Source: Raillietiella orientalis
Taxonomy: Eukaryota
DNA: 64,000 bases
Reading direction: 5' to 3'
Assembly: GCA_036172245.1 (NCBI GenBank)
Contig: JAYWIR010000005.1
Location: forward strand, 2,294,001-2,358,000
Under the pieces are notes generated by a model that worked only from the letters and a program-made list of their open reading frames with translations, did no database searches and was not told the origin of the DNA. Positions 51,404 through 62,400 of this stretch are shown piece by piece. A program made the position numbers and the translations under genes. Position 1 is the first letter of the stretch. Every line of letters begins with the position of its first letter.

Positions 51404-53605
51404 TGAAGCTTTCGATTGCGTGAAACAAAACCTTCTTCATGAGCTGTTGGAACTTATGGGTCTCCTGGTATCCCTGTTGGCGTACTTGAGCTCCTGTTGG
51501 CGTCACGCGATAACAACCATTGTTTTCACTGGCTGCCTCGTGTACGGCGTTCCGGTACAGCGAGGAATAAGGCAGGAAGATGACCTAAGCCCGCTGCACT
51601 TCAGCATTTATTTTGAAATGGTGCTGGAGGATTACAGGCTGACGCTAGCCAACCTGCCGAGCTTCTCTCCAGGTATGCCGGCCGTGGCAGTCTATGCCGA
51701 CGACCTGCTTCTTCTGTTGCCCATGTCAACCCCGGCGGCGTCGCTTCAAGATTTCTTTGAGTTGATCCGTCTCGGTGCGGGCGTGAGAGTCAACAGGAGG
51801 AAGTGCATGGTTGTTCCAGTGGGAGCGACGTGGGAGGGGCAGTCGGACTAGATCCGCCTGGTGATCCTCACGGGCAGGTACCTGAGGTACCTTGGCGTGC
51901 CGCTGGGCGACTTCTGCATCTCAGAAGCGTGGTCGGACTGCCTTCGGAAAACAGAGCGTGCACTTTGCCCGTTCTGAGGAGGCGAGTTCGTCTTGCTGGG
52001 ACGGGACAGCATCTGGAACACCTTCGTTGGCCCCCTCCTCCTCCTCCTGTTTTTTCTTTGTCCACCCTCCCAGGAAGTCAAAGTCTCGGCGCAGCGCCTT
52101 CTATGCGAAGCGCAGTGGGGCGCTGCAAGATCCCGCGTAAGACTTAGGGACTTGGTGGCGCCGCGTCAGGATTCAGGCTTGGGTATCCTAGTCTTAAAAA
52201 GCATGGAGCAGCAGTTGCAGTTAGGAATACTGCGGCGCTGTGTCAATCTGTGGTGTACGACGTGGTGCTTACGCGCACGCCTTATAATAAGATGCTGCAC
52301 GGGAAGCAAGGGACTACTTTCGTAGCTGCCCCACTTTCCGCACACAAGAAAAGGGTTTGGCTTCCGGCTGAGGCAGCTGTCCTCACTGCTGAAAGCTCAA
52401 TGTTGGATCTCCTGCCGCCCCATGAACATTAATGCATGGCGGCAGGAATCTTTTTCATCGTGAGCAGCTTCCGAAGGAACGCGCCCGGAAGATCTTCGAC
52501 GCCTGCGACTTCTCCTCAGTCATCCAATGGACGAAGTCATGTAGGACAAGAAGTCGGATCGTCTGGCCGCCACACCACTTGCCGCAGCGCTGTCTGCCCT
52601 CAGGGCAAGCAACGACAGTTGCCTTCCTGCGAAATGGGAGTTCTCCTGCTCAATAGCGGGAGTCAGTAAGCTCCTCGGCGGCTGGACGACATAGAAGCTG
52701 CTGGAAACTGCCACTCCTCGTAATCGGACAAAGGGCCGTCTTCGGTGGAGTGAACATTTAAGTGTAACCCCCGCAGAGATAGTAACTCCCTCCGTTTGTT
52801 TGTACAGCTCCGTGTTTTTCTTAAGAAAGTGGAAATAAGATGTGCTGCTTTTTTTACACTGGGGCTTCCACTGTAATCGGCAGCGAAGCGTTGTTTCCGG
52901 GGGAGCTGCTCTGCCAAACTGTTTGAGGTGCGGAGTCATCGAGTCTTTTCCGCAGCTCTTGCTGGACTGCGGTGACCTCCGTGAACTGTGGCGAAGGCTG
53001 ATTCCAGCCATCCTGCCGCAGGGAGGCACTGCCATTGATATGCTTCGGCGCTTCTTCAGGAGGAATGGATTTTCGGTAGGCGCGATTGGCGCAGCCATGT
53101 TTTGCATTCGCGCCATCGTAAAGGCCCGCTACGCCCTGGAGTTGTCAGCGCAGCGAAGGGAGGCTCACCGGTTTGCAACAGAATCCACGGAAAAGGCTGC
53201 TTTGTGGCCTCATCTTCTCGAGGAGGTCAAGGAGGACATCGACGGCATCCATCGCCGGTTTACAGACTTTTAAGACCGGTGATCACTACGTCCTCTAGTC
53301 CACCCATACCCCTTTCCCGCTCGCTATGCTAAACTGTCGGTGTCATTACTTTTATCACAGTGCAAACCAGAGCAATCCCAAAGACATTTGTCCCGGCGTC
53401 CCTTATTGATTTCTTTTTCTTTTGTTTTTGTTTGTTTGTGTTCCCAGTTCCCCCACACCGTTCTGTTATTCTGGCCTGCGTGCCAGCAATTTTCTCTTGA
53501 TCCTCGTTCAGGTGTCGGTTGGGAGCATGGTTCCCAGCAGGGTTATTTTATTCAATTTTTTTTTCATATAATATGAAATAAACGCCCCGGCGTGGAAGGT
53601 GAGAA
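51404..53605 (+). mobile_element. Tx1-like RT, C-terminus and 3' UTR of a divergent copy (probably A3 part 3)
   Basis: AFDCV, GIRQED.LSP, YADD, YLGV, CLRCG. Stop at 53273. Ends AAATAAACGCCCCGG..GGTGAGAA next to a degenerate TSD matching the A3 5' flank. Confidence 0.85.
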
Positions 53606-54351
53606 ATCTCTTCCGCTTGTTCTGCAGGGATCAAGTGGATCTCCTGCAGTAGCGCAAGATCGAAGAATTCCAGAAGGGCGGCCATGTCTTCTCTCCTGCC
53701 GGCGTCTATCATGCCGTTCACGTTGCAAACGGCGATGCTCGAACGACGGCGGGAGGAGATTTCCGGCATTACTGCTGGAAAAACAAAGATGTGGGGGAGC
53801 CCACCTCTTGCGAGGCGTGCGGGATGTCCATCGGGGTTTTGGCCTTCTCAGGCACCTGAGGCACCTGTTCGGCCTCCACTCCCTCCATCCCCTACGAGTC
53901 TGAGCGTGAGGGTCTCTCAAGCAAATGGTCCCGCGAGTTTCCCACGCGCATGGCACCTTCGCTTCAGGAAGCCATCTCTTCCCCTTCGAAGGAGAGACGA
54001 CCTTTCTCGGCATTGTGGACTTACGTCCCGCCGTTTTGCGGGGTGTCGTGGAAACGGAGGCTGCGCTTCGGGCCTCCTCCTTAGGGTTCGAAGTGGAGGA
54101 CTCCTGAGGGGAGGCCGGACGCATTACGGCCTTCTCGTTTGCCTTAAAAGGTTCTGGCTGCAAAGAGGCAGCCAGCTCCTTCGCCACACGCGCGAAGGCT
54201 ACGTCATCGATGGTGGTGTCGATGACGGACGCCACCGCCGGCTCGCTTCACTCGCTGTTGACTGAGTGAACAGAGGTGAGGTCGACTGTAGCGGCGAGTT
54301 CTTTCTGGCAGCGTTCGGCAACATCGGGAACGCGTTCGACGACGACGCTGC
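53606..54351 (-). mobile_element. Tx1-like segment C: ORF1 C-terminus and APE start (probable upstream half of B2)
   Basis: DDVAFARVAKELAASLQ matches the A2-type ORF1. TAATG at 53771-53767. Ends at LQEIH..AEEI, where B2 begins. Confidence 0.88.
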
Positions 54352-56210
54352 ACAAACGTGTTCTGTGTTGCTCCTCGAGTGCGATTGCTTTCCGTCTTCT
54401 TGCGTGTGGTGTGCCCGAGTGCGTCCACTAGGATGTCCACGGAGCCCCTGCAGCAAAAGAAGGATGTGGAGGCTGCTATTGGAAGTGGAGACTCTACTCC
54501 AGATGTCCGGTCCGCCTCTGATTCTTGTGTCTCGCCACCGGGGAGAAGCTTCGCCTCCGTCGTCAAGGCGGCGGCAGCCAACGGAGCACCGCCCGACAAA
54601 GCGGAGCTACAGGCATATGCAGCCCATAGCTACAAGCCTGCGCTCTGCTATCCGGTGAGTGCTGCGATCTCCGACAGGGTCGGAGAAAATTTATGGGACG
54701 AGCTTTTGCTCGTCGGGGTCCGACAGGACGATCTCCTGGCAGTCATGCCGGTTAACGCGCTCGGACACTGGGAGGTGCACTGCAAAGAGTCATCCCTAGT
54801 CCAGCGCTTTTTCCGCACCCCGCTAAGCATACGCGGGAAGGAGGTCGTCCCGTCGGCCATGGACCAGTCGTTCGTGGTCGGATTGTCCGCCGTTCAGGTG
54901 GACACGCCCGATCGCGTGCACGTCGGTGCACTTAGTGCATTCGATGCTTTCCCAGACGGGAAAGATGCCACGTCGCCCTGGGGGCTAATCGCTTCCTTCG
55001 ACGCAGCCCAACAGTGCGGGCACGCACTCAATGAATGCTGCTGAACCGTCCAAGTGCGCGTCCAGCGGAACACACGGGAAACCGTGCGCGGGCACCCTTG
55101 GAGCTGCCTCTGAACGGCAGTCTGCTCCTACGGTGGCGAAGAGCACGTCTTCCACGTTGAAGGCACGAGCAGCGAAGGCTGAAATAGCATTTCGCGGGAC
55201 GACGGCAATGACCGCCGTTTCGGCCGCATCGGCGAAATAGAGGGTGCAGTGCGTAGCGGGGACGGAGCCGTCTTCCGTCCCGAGCGCGAAACCTGAGCCG
55301 CAATGTCCTGCCAAACAATTGAGGGAGGCGTCGGCCTACCAGAAGGGAACCCCCGACGCGGGCTCGACTCGCGTTTCCAGGACGCCCACAAAGGGGAAGA
55401 AGAAGGTTGACCCTTCAATATTACCCATCCTTAAGGTGGGTGGGAGGCAAAAGAGAAGCACGCCGAAGAAGGTGCGTACCCAGGTACGCACTACGGCTGC
55501 GTGCTCTGTCTCTGTCGCTTCGCGTCAGAAGGCGGCTGCGGAAGCCAAAGCTCCGGAAACTGCGTTGGCGACTGCGACGACCCCCGCGCGGGCAGGGCAA
55601 GCCTCCACCTGCCGAAACAAAAAGAGACATGCAAAAAGCCAGTCTCGAGCCAGGCATTCAGACTCCGAGTTGGAGTCCGAGTGCAAACAAATGGAGCGCG
55701 CATCCCGGGGTAAGCCAGTAGCGCGCCGGGCTAAAGTGCGGAAGCACGAGTCTGTTGCCGGAGGCGATCTCGACTCCTGCACGGAGACCAAGGCGATGAT
55801 CCTCGGCTTCCAGGACTCAGCTGGGCTTGATGTGGTGGCGAACGGGAGCGATTCCGCTTCCCAATACGCTCTCCTACCAGCTGACTTTTCGCTTGACGGG
55901 CGAGGAGCACGCCGTCAGGTCCGCAGCAGTGACGCGTGGACTCGCGTCCGCTCGTCGCGTCAGCGTGGCCTGTTGGAATTTCAACGTGCTACGTGATGCT
56001 GACAAAAGGCGGACGGTATCCAACGCTTTGCGCGCGTTCGATCTGGTGCTGCTGCAGGAGATTAATTGCATCTCCGAACGGCAGGCATCGGATCTGGAAG
56101 AGTGCGCGGGCGGAACGCTACACTGGCGGCAAGTCTCTGCGCACACGTGCGGAGTCGCGTTCCTCGTCCGAGGCAGGGTGGCGGAGGCGGTGCGGAACGT
56201 TTGTTTCGAC
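54352..56210 (+). mobile_element. Tx1-like LINE J: 5' end, internally deleted ORF1 (ATG 54433), APE start
   Basis: AACGTG..GTTGCTCC motif, LVQRFFRTPL, ACWNFN, LLQEI. Cut at VCFD. Confidence 0.87.
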
Positions 56211-56820
56211 GTTTTCACCCGGTGAAGCCAAGGAGTTTAATCGAAAACTAACAGAATTTGCGGTACAAGGCCCCGCTGCGGCCAATAGTTCTATGGAGAT
56301 GTCTGGTGGTCAGTGCACAGACCGACATAACACTCCACGTCAACGGATGGGGTTAGTTAGAAAAGAAAAATAAAAAAAAAAAAAAGTAGAAATACTGGTT
56401 ATTGGGAGGGCCGGGAAGGGATCACAGTCTGTTTTGTGGAGCTTCCATCCTTTGCAGGATGCCGACGAGGTCTTTCTGCAGATTTACCAGGTGGCGCCAT
56501 TGGCATGCTATTCCCAGAAAGCGAGCTGCATACTCCACGGCATTCCTTCTGTTAGCATCCTCTGCTTCGTCGGATCCACTCCAAGGTGCCACAATACCGC
56601 GTACGCAGCAGAGAGCTGCTATAACAGCGGCTGGCTGCAGGGCGTCCCGCACGAAGAGGAGCCGAAAAACGTCTCTGGGAAGACTACCTTCCAGGATCCC
56701 TAAGGTGAAACCGTAACGTTCCCACAGGGGCCGGAGGGCAGCACACTCAACCAGAAGCTGCGGGAGGGTTTCCCGCTGCCCGTACCGCGCACAGTTTGCG
56801 TTCACACTTCTCCGTGTCGT
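56211..56820 (-). mobile_element. Tx1-like LINE G: ORF2 C-terminus and 3' UTR
   Basis: LVECAALRPLWERYG..ALCCVRGIV. Stop at 56422. Terminus ATTAAA..CCGGGTGAAAAC. Confidence 0.88.
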
Positions 56821-59481
56821 TCTAGGGAGCGGACGTGGTTTGGCATCGCTCCACAGACTGGTTAGTGGGAAGCTTTTCGTTGGTTGTCTGGTGTGTGGGA
56901 GCACCAGTGTCCCATGGCAGAAATGCCTAAGGACACCGCGATGGAAGTTGGAGGAGGAGAAGCGACACGCTCTCCTCCACCAATAGAAGTGGGGGCATCC
57001 GCCCCCACGGAATCCGGGGCACTTGCCCCATCGGAATCGGGGGCAACCGCCCCTTCGCGACCTTCTTCGCCATTGGCGAGGAGTTGGAGTGACGTCTTTG
57101 CTGCACCATCCCCGGATGCAGTAGCGGAGCAGACTGCCTACAAGAACAGCGGCTACAAGCCGTCTCTGATCTATAAGGTAGGCAGTGTGTTTGATGAAAT
57201 AATTGCACGCCCCTTCGAAATGGAGCTGCAAAGGTTGAACGTGAGGGAGGAAGACCTTTTGGGCCTATCCATCCTTAGTGGGGCCAGCGAGTTGAGCTGA
57301 CATGCAAAGAGGCATGTCTGGCGCAGCGACTGCTGAACACCCCTATTACGGTGGACGGCCGCAGGATCTTCCCTGTGACGGAGGACCGCTCCGTCGTGGT
57401 CCACCTCACAGGTGTATCACTCCGAATGGACAAAACCAGCGTCCATGAGGAGTTGTCGAAGCATAGTAGTGTGCACGCGTATTGGGCCAAACCTAATGTC
57501 TTCCGAACGTACGGAAGGATATTCATTGGGATGGCCGCCTCCCGCGTCACCCTACCAGAGAATGGTGGGCTTCCCCACAAACTGAATATCGGCGAAGAAA
57601 AAGTCGATGTTTGGTACGTGGGTAAGCCCAAGTATTGTGGCCATTGCGATGCTACAGGGCATCTAAAAAAGCGGTGCCCTAACATCCAATGCCACTTATG
57701 TGGAAATAAGGGCCACATCCGTAAGGTGTGCCCAAGAAGAGAAATCCCGCCCCCATCCGCTGCAAAAAAGGCAAAGGGGAAACGCACGGGAGAGACGCAT
57801 AAACAGAAACAGGCTGTAAACACCCAGATGCCAGTCCCTAAGCCCTCACAGCAAACGTCGGTTGAGAACACTCCCGACGACGCTGGTGACGGCGAAGGCT
57901 GGCAGACGGTACAGCCACGAAGAAAACCCGGGAGTCCCGAACGAAACGCGGTGAAAACAAAAACGCAGCGCGAAAAACCGTGCCGCGAAAAGCTCCGCGC
58001 GTGTTCGGTAAAATTAGAACGTGTGGAGGCACCCGATGCCGCCGCCGGGGGAGCAATCCCCCCCCTCGCGTCCGCCGAAGCCGCGACGGTCGATGGTGAA
58101 CCCTCTGGCGAAACAGAGGGGGAACCGCGCGCCGCGCTCGACGCGATCGAGGAGGCCGCCTTCCAGCAGGCGGTGGAAGAACTCACGGCTGAACTGCATG
58201 GCCGTGAAAAGAACTCGCGAAAAGGCTTGCGAAGGCCGGCCGCGAGGAAGGCTCCGGAGGCAGGTGAGGCCGATCCGGACGTCGAAAGTGCGTCCTCTTC
58301 AGCGGAGGCGCCACCAAAGAAGACGGGACGTAAGTCTCAGAATCCCAGGAGGCGCATGCGGATCAATAAGGAGGCGGATGAATCGGCCCCCGAGGGGGAA
58401 GCCGGCAGCGTGGGAGGCGAGGTTGGGAATCTCTCATTTCCCGACACCGTGCAGCTGGCGACCCCCATGGAGGAGGAAGTACAGGTGGGTGAACCCCTAC
58501 TTCCACTGCAAGGCCCCGACGACGAATCGTCCTCCATGGAGGAGGGAGAAGCGGTGCGCGACGCACCCCCTCCTCCTAGCGTCCCGCCCGACAAGGTGGC
58601 GGGAGCCCCATTGCCAATTTCCCAGGATTAACACCTGGACTCGCCTGTCGCCGTAGGATACGCGTAGCCTGCTGGAACGTCAACGGGCTCCGCGATGACG
58701 GCAACAGGCGAGACATGGCCGACACCCTGCGTGACTTCGACCTGGCACTCCACGTGATCACCGCGGAGAACGCACAGGAGATCGAAAGGATCGCAGAGGG
58801 TCGTCTATTTTGGCAATGAGGCGCTCGCAACACCTGTGGCGTCGCGTATTTTATGAAGCCAGCAGTCGCTTCCTTCGTCAAGGACGTGCGATTCGACAAG
58901 GACAGTCGGGTTGGCCAGCTTATCCTTAGATGGTCCGACTCTATCGACCTTGTCGTGACTAATGTGTACGCTCCGAGCGGAGGACGCGGGTACGGGGAAC
59001 GTTCCCGGTTCCTCGAAACCCTCAAGCGCGACTGGCTGGCGGATACAAACGTACGCAAGGCACATCTGATCGGTGGGGATTTCAACATCCGCCTGCTCTC
59101 AGGTGTGCCTTGCAGGCAAAAAGACGCAACCAACGAGTTGTGCACCGCTATGCGTACGCGCAACTTGCTGGGAGACCTACCGGAAATAGCCCAAAGCGTA
59201 GACCACGTCTTCCTTGATGCCGACCTGTGCCCAGAGGTCGGCAGACCAGGGAAACTTCCGTCGACAGTATGGGACCACCTCCAGTTCATAATCGAAATTA
59301 TGCCACGCGACAAAGGACCACCATCAAGGGCGTGGCGTATGCCAGGGGACTGGACGCGCATCTCCGTCAGTTCCTAAGAGGCAACATCCTCTGCAACCTC
59401 GAAGATTGGGACCGCATGAAGGTCTCGGTCCGTGAGTTCTGCGAGGATTTCCCTTTGCACCTCCTGCCCCGGGGATTTGGA
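56821..59481 (+). mobile_element. Tx1-like LINE H: 5' end, ORF1 (56914-58631), APE, cut at GFG
   Basis: GACGTG at 56832. CGHCDATGHLKKRC and CHLCGNKGHIRKVC. APE motifs. Ends LPRGFG. Confidence 0.92.
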
Positions 59482-62400
59482 GTTGCAAACCGGGTACGCC
59501 CGGAGCGCTTATTAATAAAAAACTCTACAATCGCGGTACCAGGCCCCGCTCACGGCCTTATGCACAAGACCTACCGAGACGCCGGGACGCAGCCCGACGT
59601 GGCACTCCCCGGCAGCGAAAGGGGATGGGGAAAAACAGAAGGAAAAATAAAAACGCAAACAAACAAAAGCGGTTGGAGGGCAGCGAAGGGATCACTGTTC
59701 GCTGAGAGGAAAACCCAACCGTTGAAGGAAGCCCTCAAGGTCCATGCGTATGTTCCCCAGTTGGGGCCATCCAGCAGCTCTCCGCAAGAAGCGTCGGGCA
59801 TGGGAGGTGGGCCCATCCTTCGCAGGATTCCCTTCAGGTCCATCTTCATGCTTCCCAGATGGGGCCATCTCGCAGCTCTCCGCATGAAGCAGACCGCATA
59901 CGGGATGACATTCCTCGCCTGTGGACCCACTTTTTCGTTGTTGGCGTCGCTCCATGCCGCCACGATGCGACGGACGCAGCACAAGGCTGCGAGGGCTGCG
60001 GCGGGCTGCAAGGCGTCCCGCACGAAGAGGGGCCGAAGAACGTCTCTGGGCGCGCTGCCCATTGGGAGCCCGAGGGTCGTCCCGAACCGTTCCCACAGGG
60101 GTCGGAGGGCAGCACAGTCAACAAGTAAGTGGGGAAGCAATTCCCGCTCCCCACACCTGGCACACTCAGGCCTTACACTTCCCAGCGTACAGTGGAAGCG
60201 GCGCGCGTTGCAGGGTAGACCCCAGTGCAACAGTAGCAGCGCCGAATCTTGCCACTTAAGGGGGAGAAGCCTGGATCCGATTAATATTGGGGGCCACTTC
60301 AGGTCATCCGTCGGGATGCCGAGCAGCTCGCCCCATCTACGAAGTCCACGAGGGAGGGCACTCGGGGTTGTGGCATCTGCCAGTTCTCCCATGGTGCAAC
60401 CGCTTATCTTCTTTTCCTTGCCTGCGATTCTGCAGGAGACTTGCCACTTTGGCTTGCGGCCGCTGGTTAAAGCCCTTCGTAGGAAGGGCAGGGTCGAAGC
60501 TAGGGGGGTAGTCTCCGCCCACGTGCTCCTGGCGGGACACTCCAGAGTAGTCCGCAGTGTGCAGCAGGCGTTGGGGCCGAATCGCAGGCGGTACCAGTCC
60601 GGGGAAGTATGAAGGTTCAGCTTCGCCCACGTCGCAACGGATTCCTCAGGCCAGGCGGAGGAGTTGGCGGGGCTGCATACCGTCCAGCCGTTGTCTCTCA
60701 CCAGGGCTTCCATGCGCCCAAGGAGAAGGCCGCATCTTCTGACCTTCCTGCCAGAGCACAGAAGGTACGACGCGAGTCCTTGCGTCCTGGACACACGGCT
60801 GGCGAGGATGCGGGCCGGAACGCACCAAGGGGTGCTCCATGACTTTGCTGCGATGGCGAGGGTGCACCATCGTAGCTGTATGTCCAGGCGATCCAGAGTC
60901 AGGAGGCCGAAACCGCCGTCCCGACGAGGAGGGAGTAAGTCATCTAGAGGCACACGTGGCCTCCCGCTGCCCCAGAGGGCGATGCGGAGAAGGTCCTTGG
61001 TCCTCTTTTTAATGTCACGGGGGACGGGGCAAACAAAAAGCAGGGGGCTGAGGATGGGAGCCGCGAACGCGTTCCACACCGCGGCCCGTTCCGGCAGAAG
61101 GAACTTGCCTTCCAGGAACGGGCCGATTGCCAACTCTACCTTCTGGAGACGACCTGACCAGGTTTCTGCGAGGCAGAAGTCCCCCAACAAGACACCCAGG
61201 TACTTCAGGTACCTCGCCGTGGGGATCCCCAAGCGGATCCAGTCAGGCCGTCCGACCCACGTCGCACCCACCGGTACGACCGACGACTTCGCCTTGTTTA
61301 CCCGAAGTCCAGTCCCACGACTTAGAAGGTCGAAGAAATCGGCGACTGCGGCTGCCGGTGCGGACATGGGTAACATGAGCAAAAGGTCGTCGGCGTATGC
61401 TGCTACGGCGGGCGTGCCGGGGCACGAGCTGGGCAGGGCAGCCATAGTCACCCTGTACGCTCTCATCACCAAATCAAAGTAGGTGCTAAAGAGCAGGGGA
61501 CTAAGGCTATCGCCCTGCCGTATGCCCCGCCGCACCGGCACGCCGTACACCCGTTGGCTGGGAAAGCAGATGTTAAGAATGGCATTGCGCCAGCAGGTGC
61601 GCAGGAAGGAGAGAAGGGAGGGTGGGAAGCCCATGCGACCCAGGAGCTCCAACAGTAGCTCCTGGTCAACGCAGTCGAACGCCTTATGGAGATCGACCGC
61701 GATCGCGAGGGCCCCTTTTTAGCCCGGGTGTCCATTCCCAGCCCAGCTGGCGTCCCCAAAATGGGGTTGCCAATCTTTCCTCCAGTTTCATTTAGGCAGC
61801 GCTGCACATGGAACCATGTGCTAGCGAAGAACAGGTTGGCATCCATAGTTCGCACGGGAACAGCGTATGTCTGCTCCGGGCTAATTATGGATTCTGCCAC
61901 CTGTCCTAGACGCGAAGCCCACAGTCCAGTGACCAGCTTGGCGTCCGTATTCACAATTGTGATCGGACGCCAGTTGTCTAAAGATCTCAGGTCTCCTCCC
62001 TTCGGGAGAAGCCTCACACGGGCTGATCGAAACGAGGCGGGAACGTCGCCTTCGTCTCGGATCAGCCCGGTCAACTGGAGCACAAGAGAGGCCAGCTCTG
62101 TCGCGAAGCATTGAAAAAATTCCGCAGGCAGGCCGTCCTGCCCTGGCGCCTGACGTCTCTTGAGCCTTTTAATACCGGCGAGAATTTCACCGGTAGAAAA
62201 AGGCTCGTCGAGGCTGATGCTCTCCTCCTCCCCTATTGCCTGGCCTCCGTCCGGAAGCAGGAGCCTCGAGGCGTCCCGCTCTGGGAATGCCCAAGCGTAG
62301 AGGGAGGAATAATAGTGTTGCACGAGGTGCCTGATCGCGGGTGGGGAAGATCGCTCTCGGCCCTGGTCGTCCATCAAGCTGGCCTACCCGGATTGCCATT

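Noticed and set aside
56359..56385. A-runs (also ~27660, ~33300, ~59645) as poly(A) tails of plus-strand elements
   Set aside because: They are U-rich tracts inside the 3' UTR of the minus-strand elements, about 150 nt from the true termini.
59571..61652. Bacterial retron, group II intron or DGR reverse transcriptase
   Set aside because: The RT is flanked by an APE endonuclease, a C-terminal Cys motif and a CCHC ORF1, which is diagnostic of L1/Tx1-clade LINEs.
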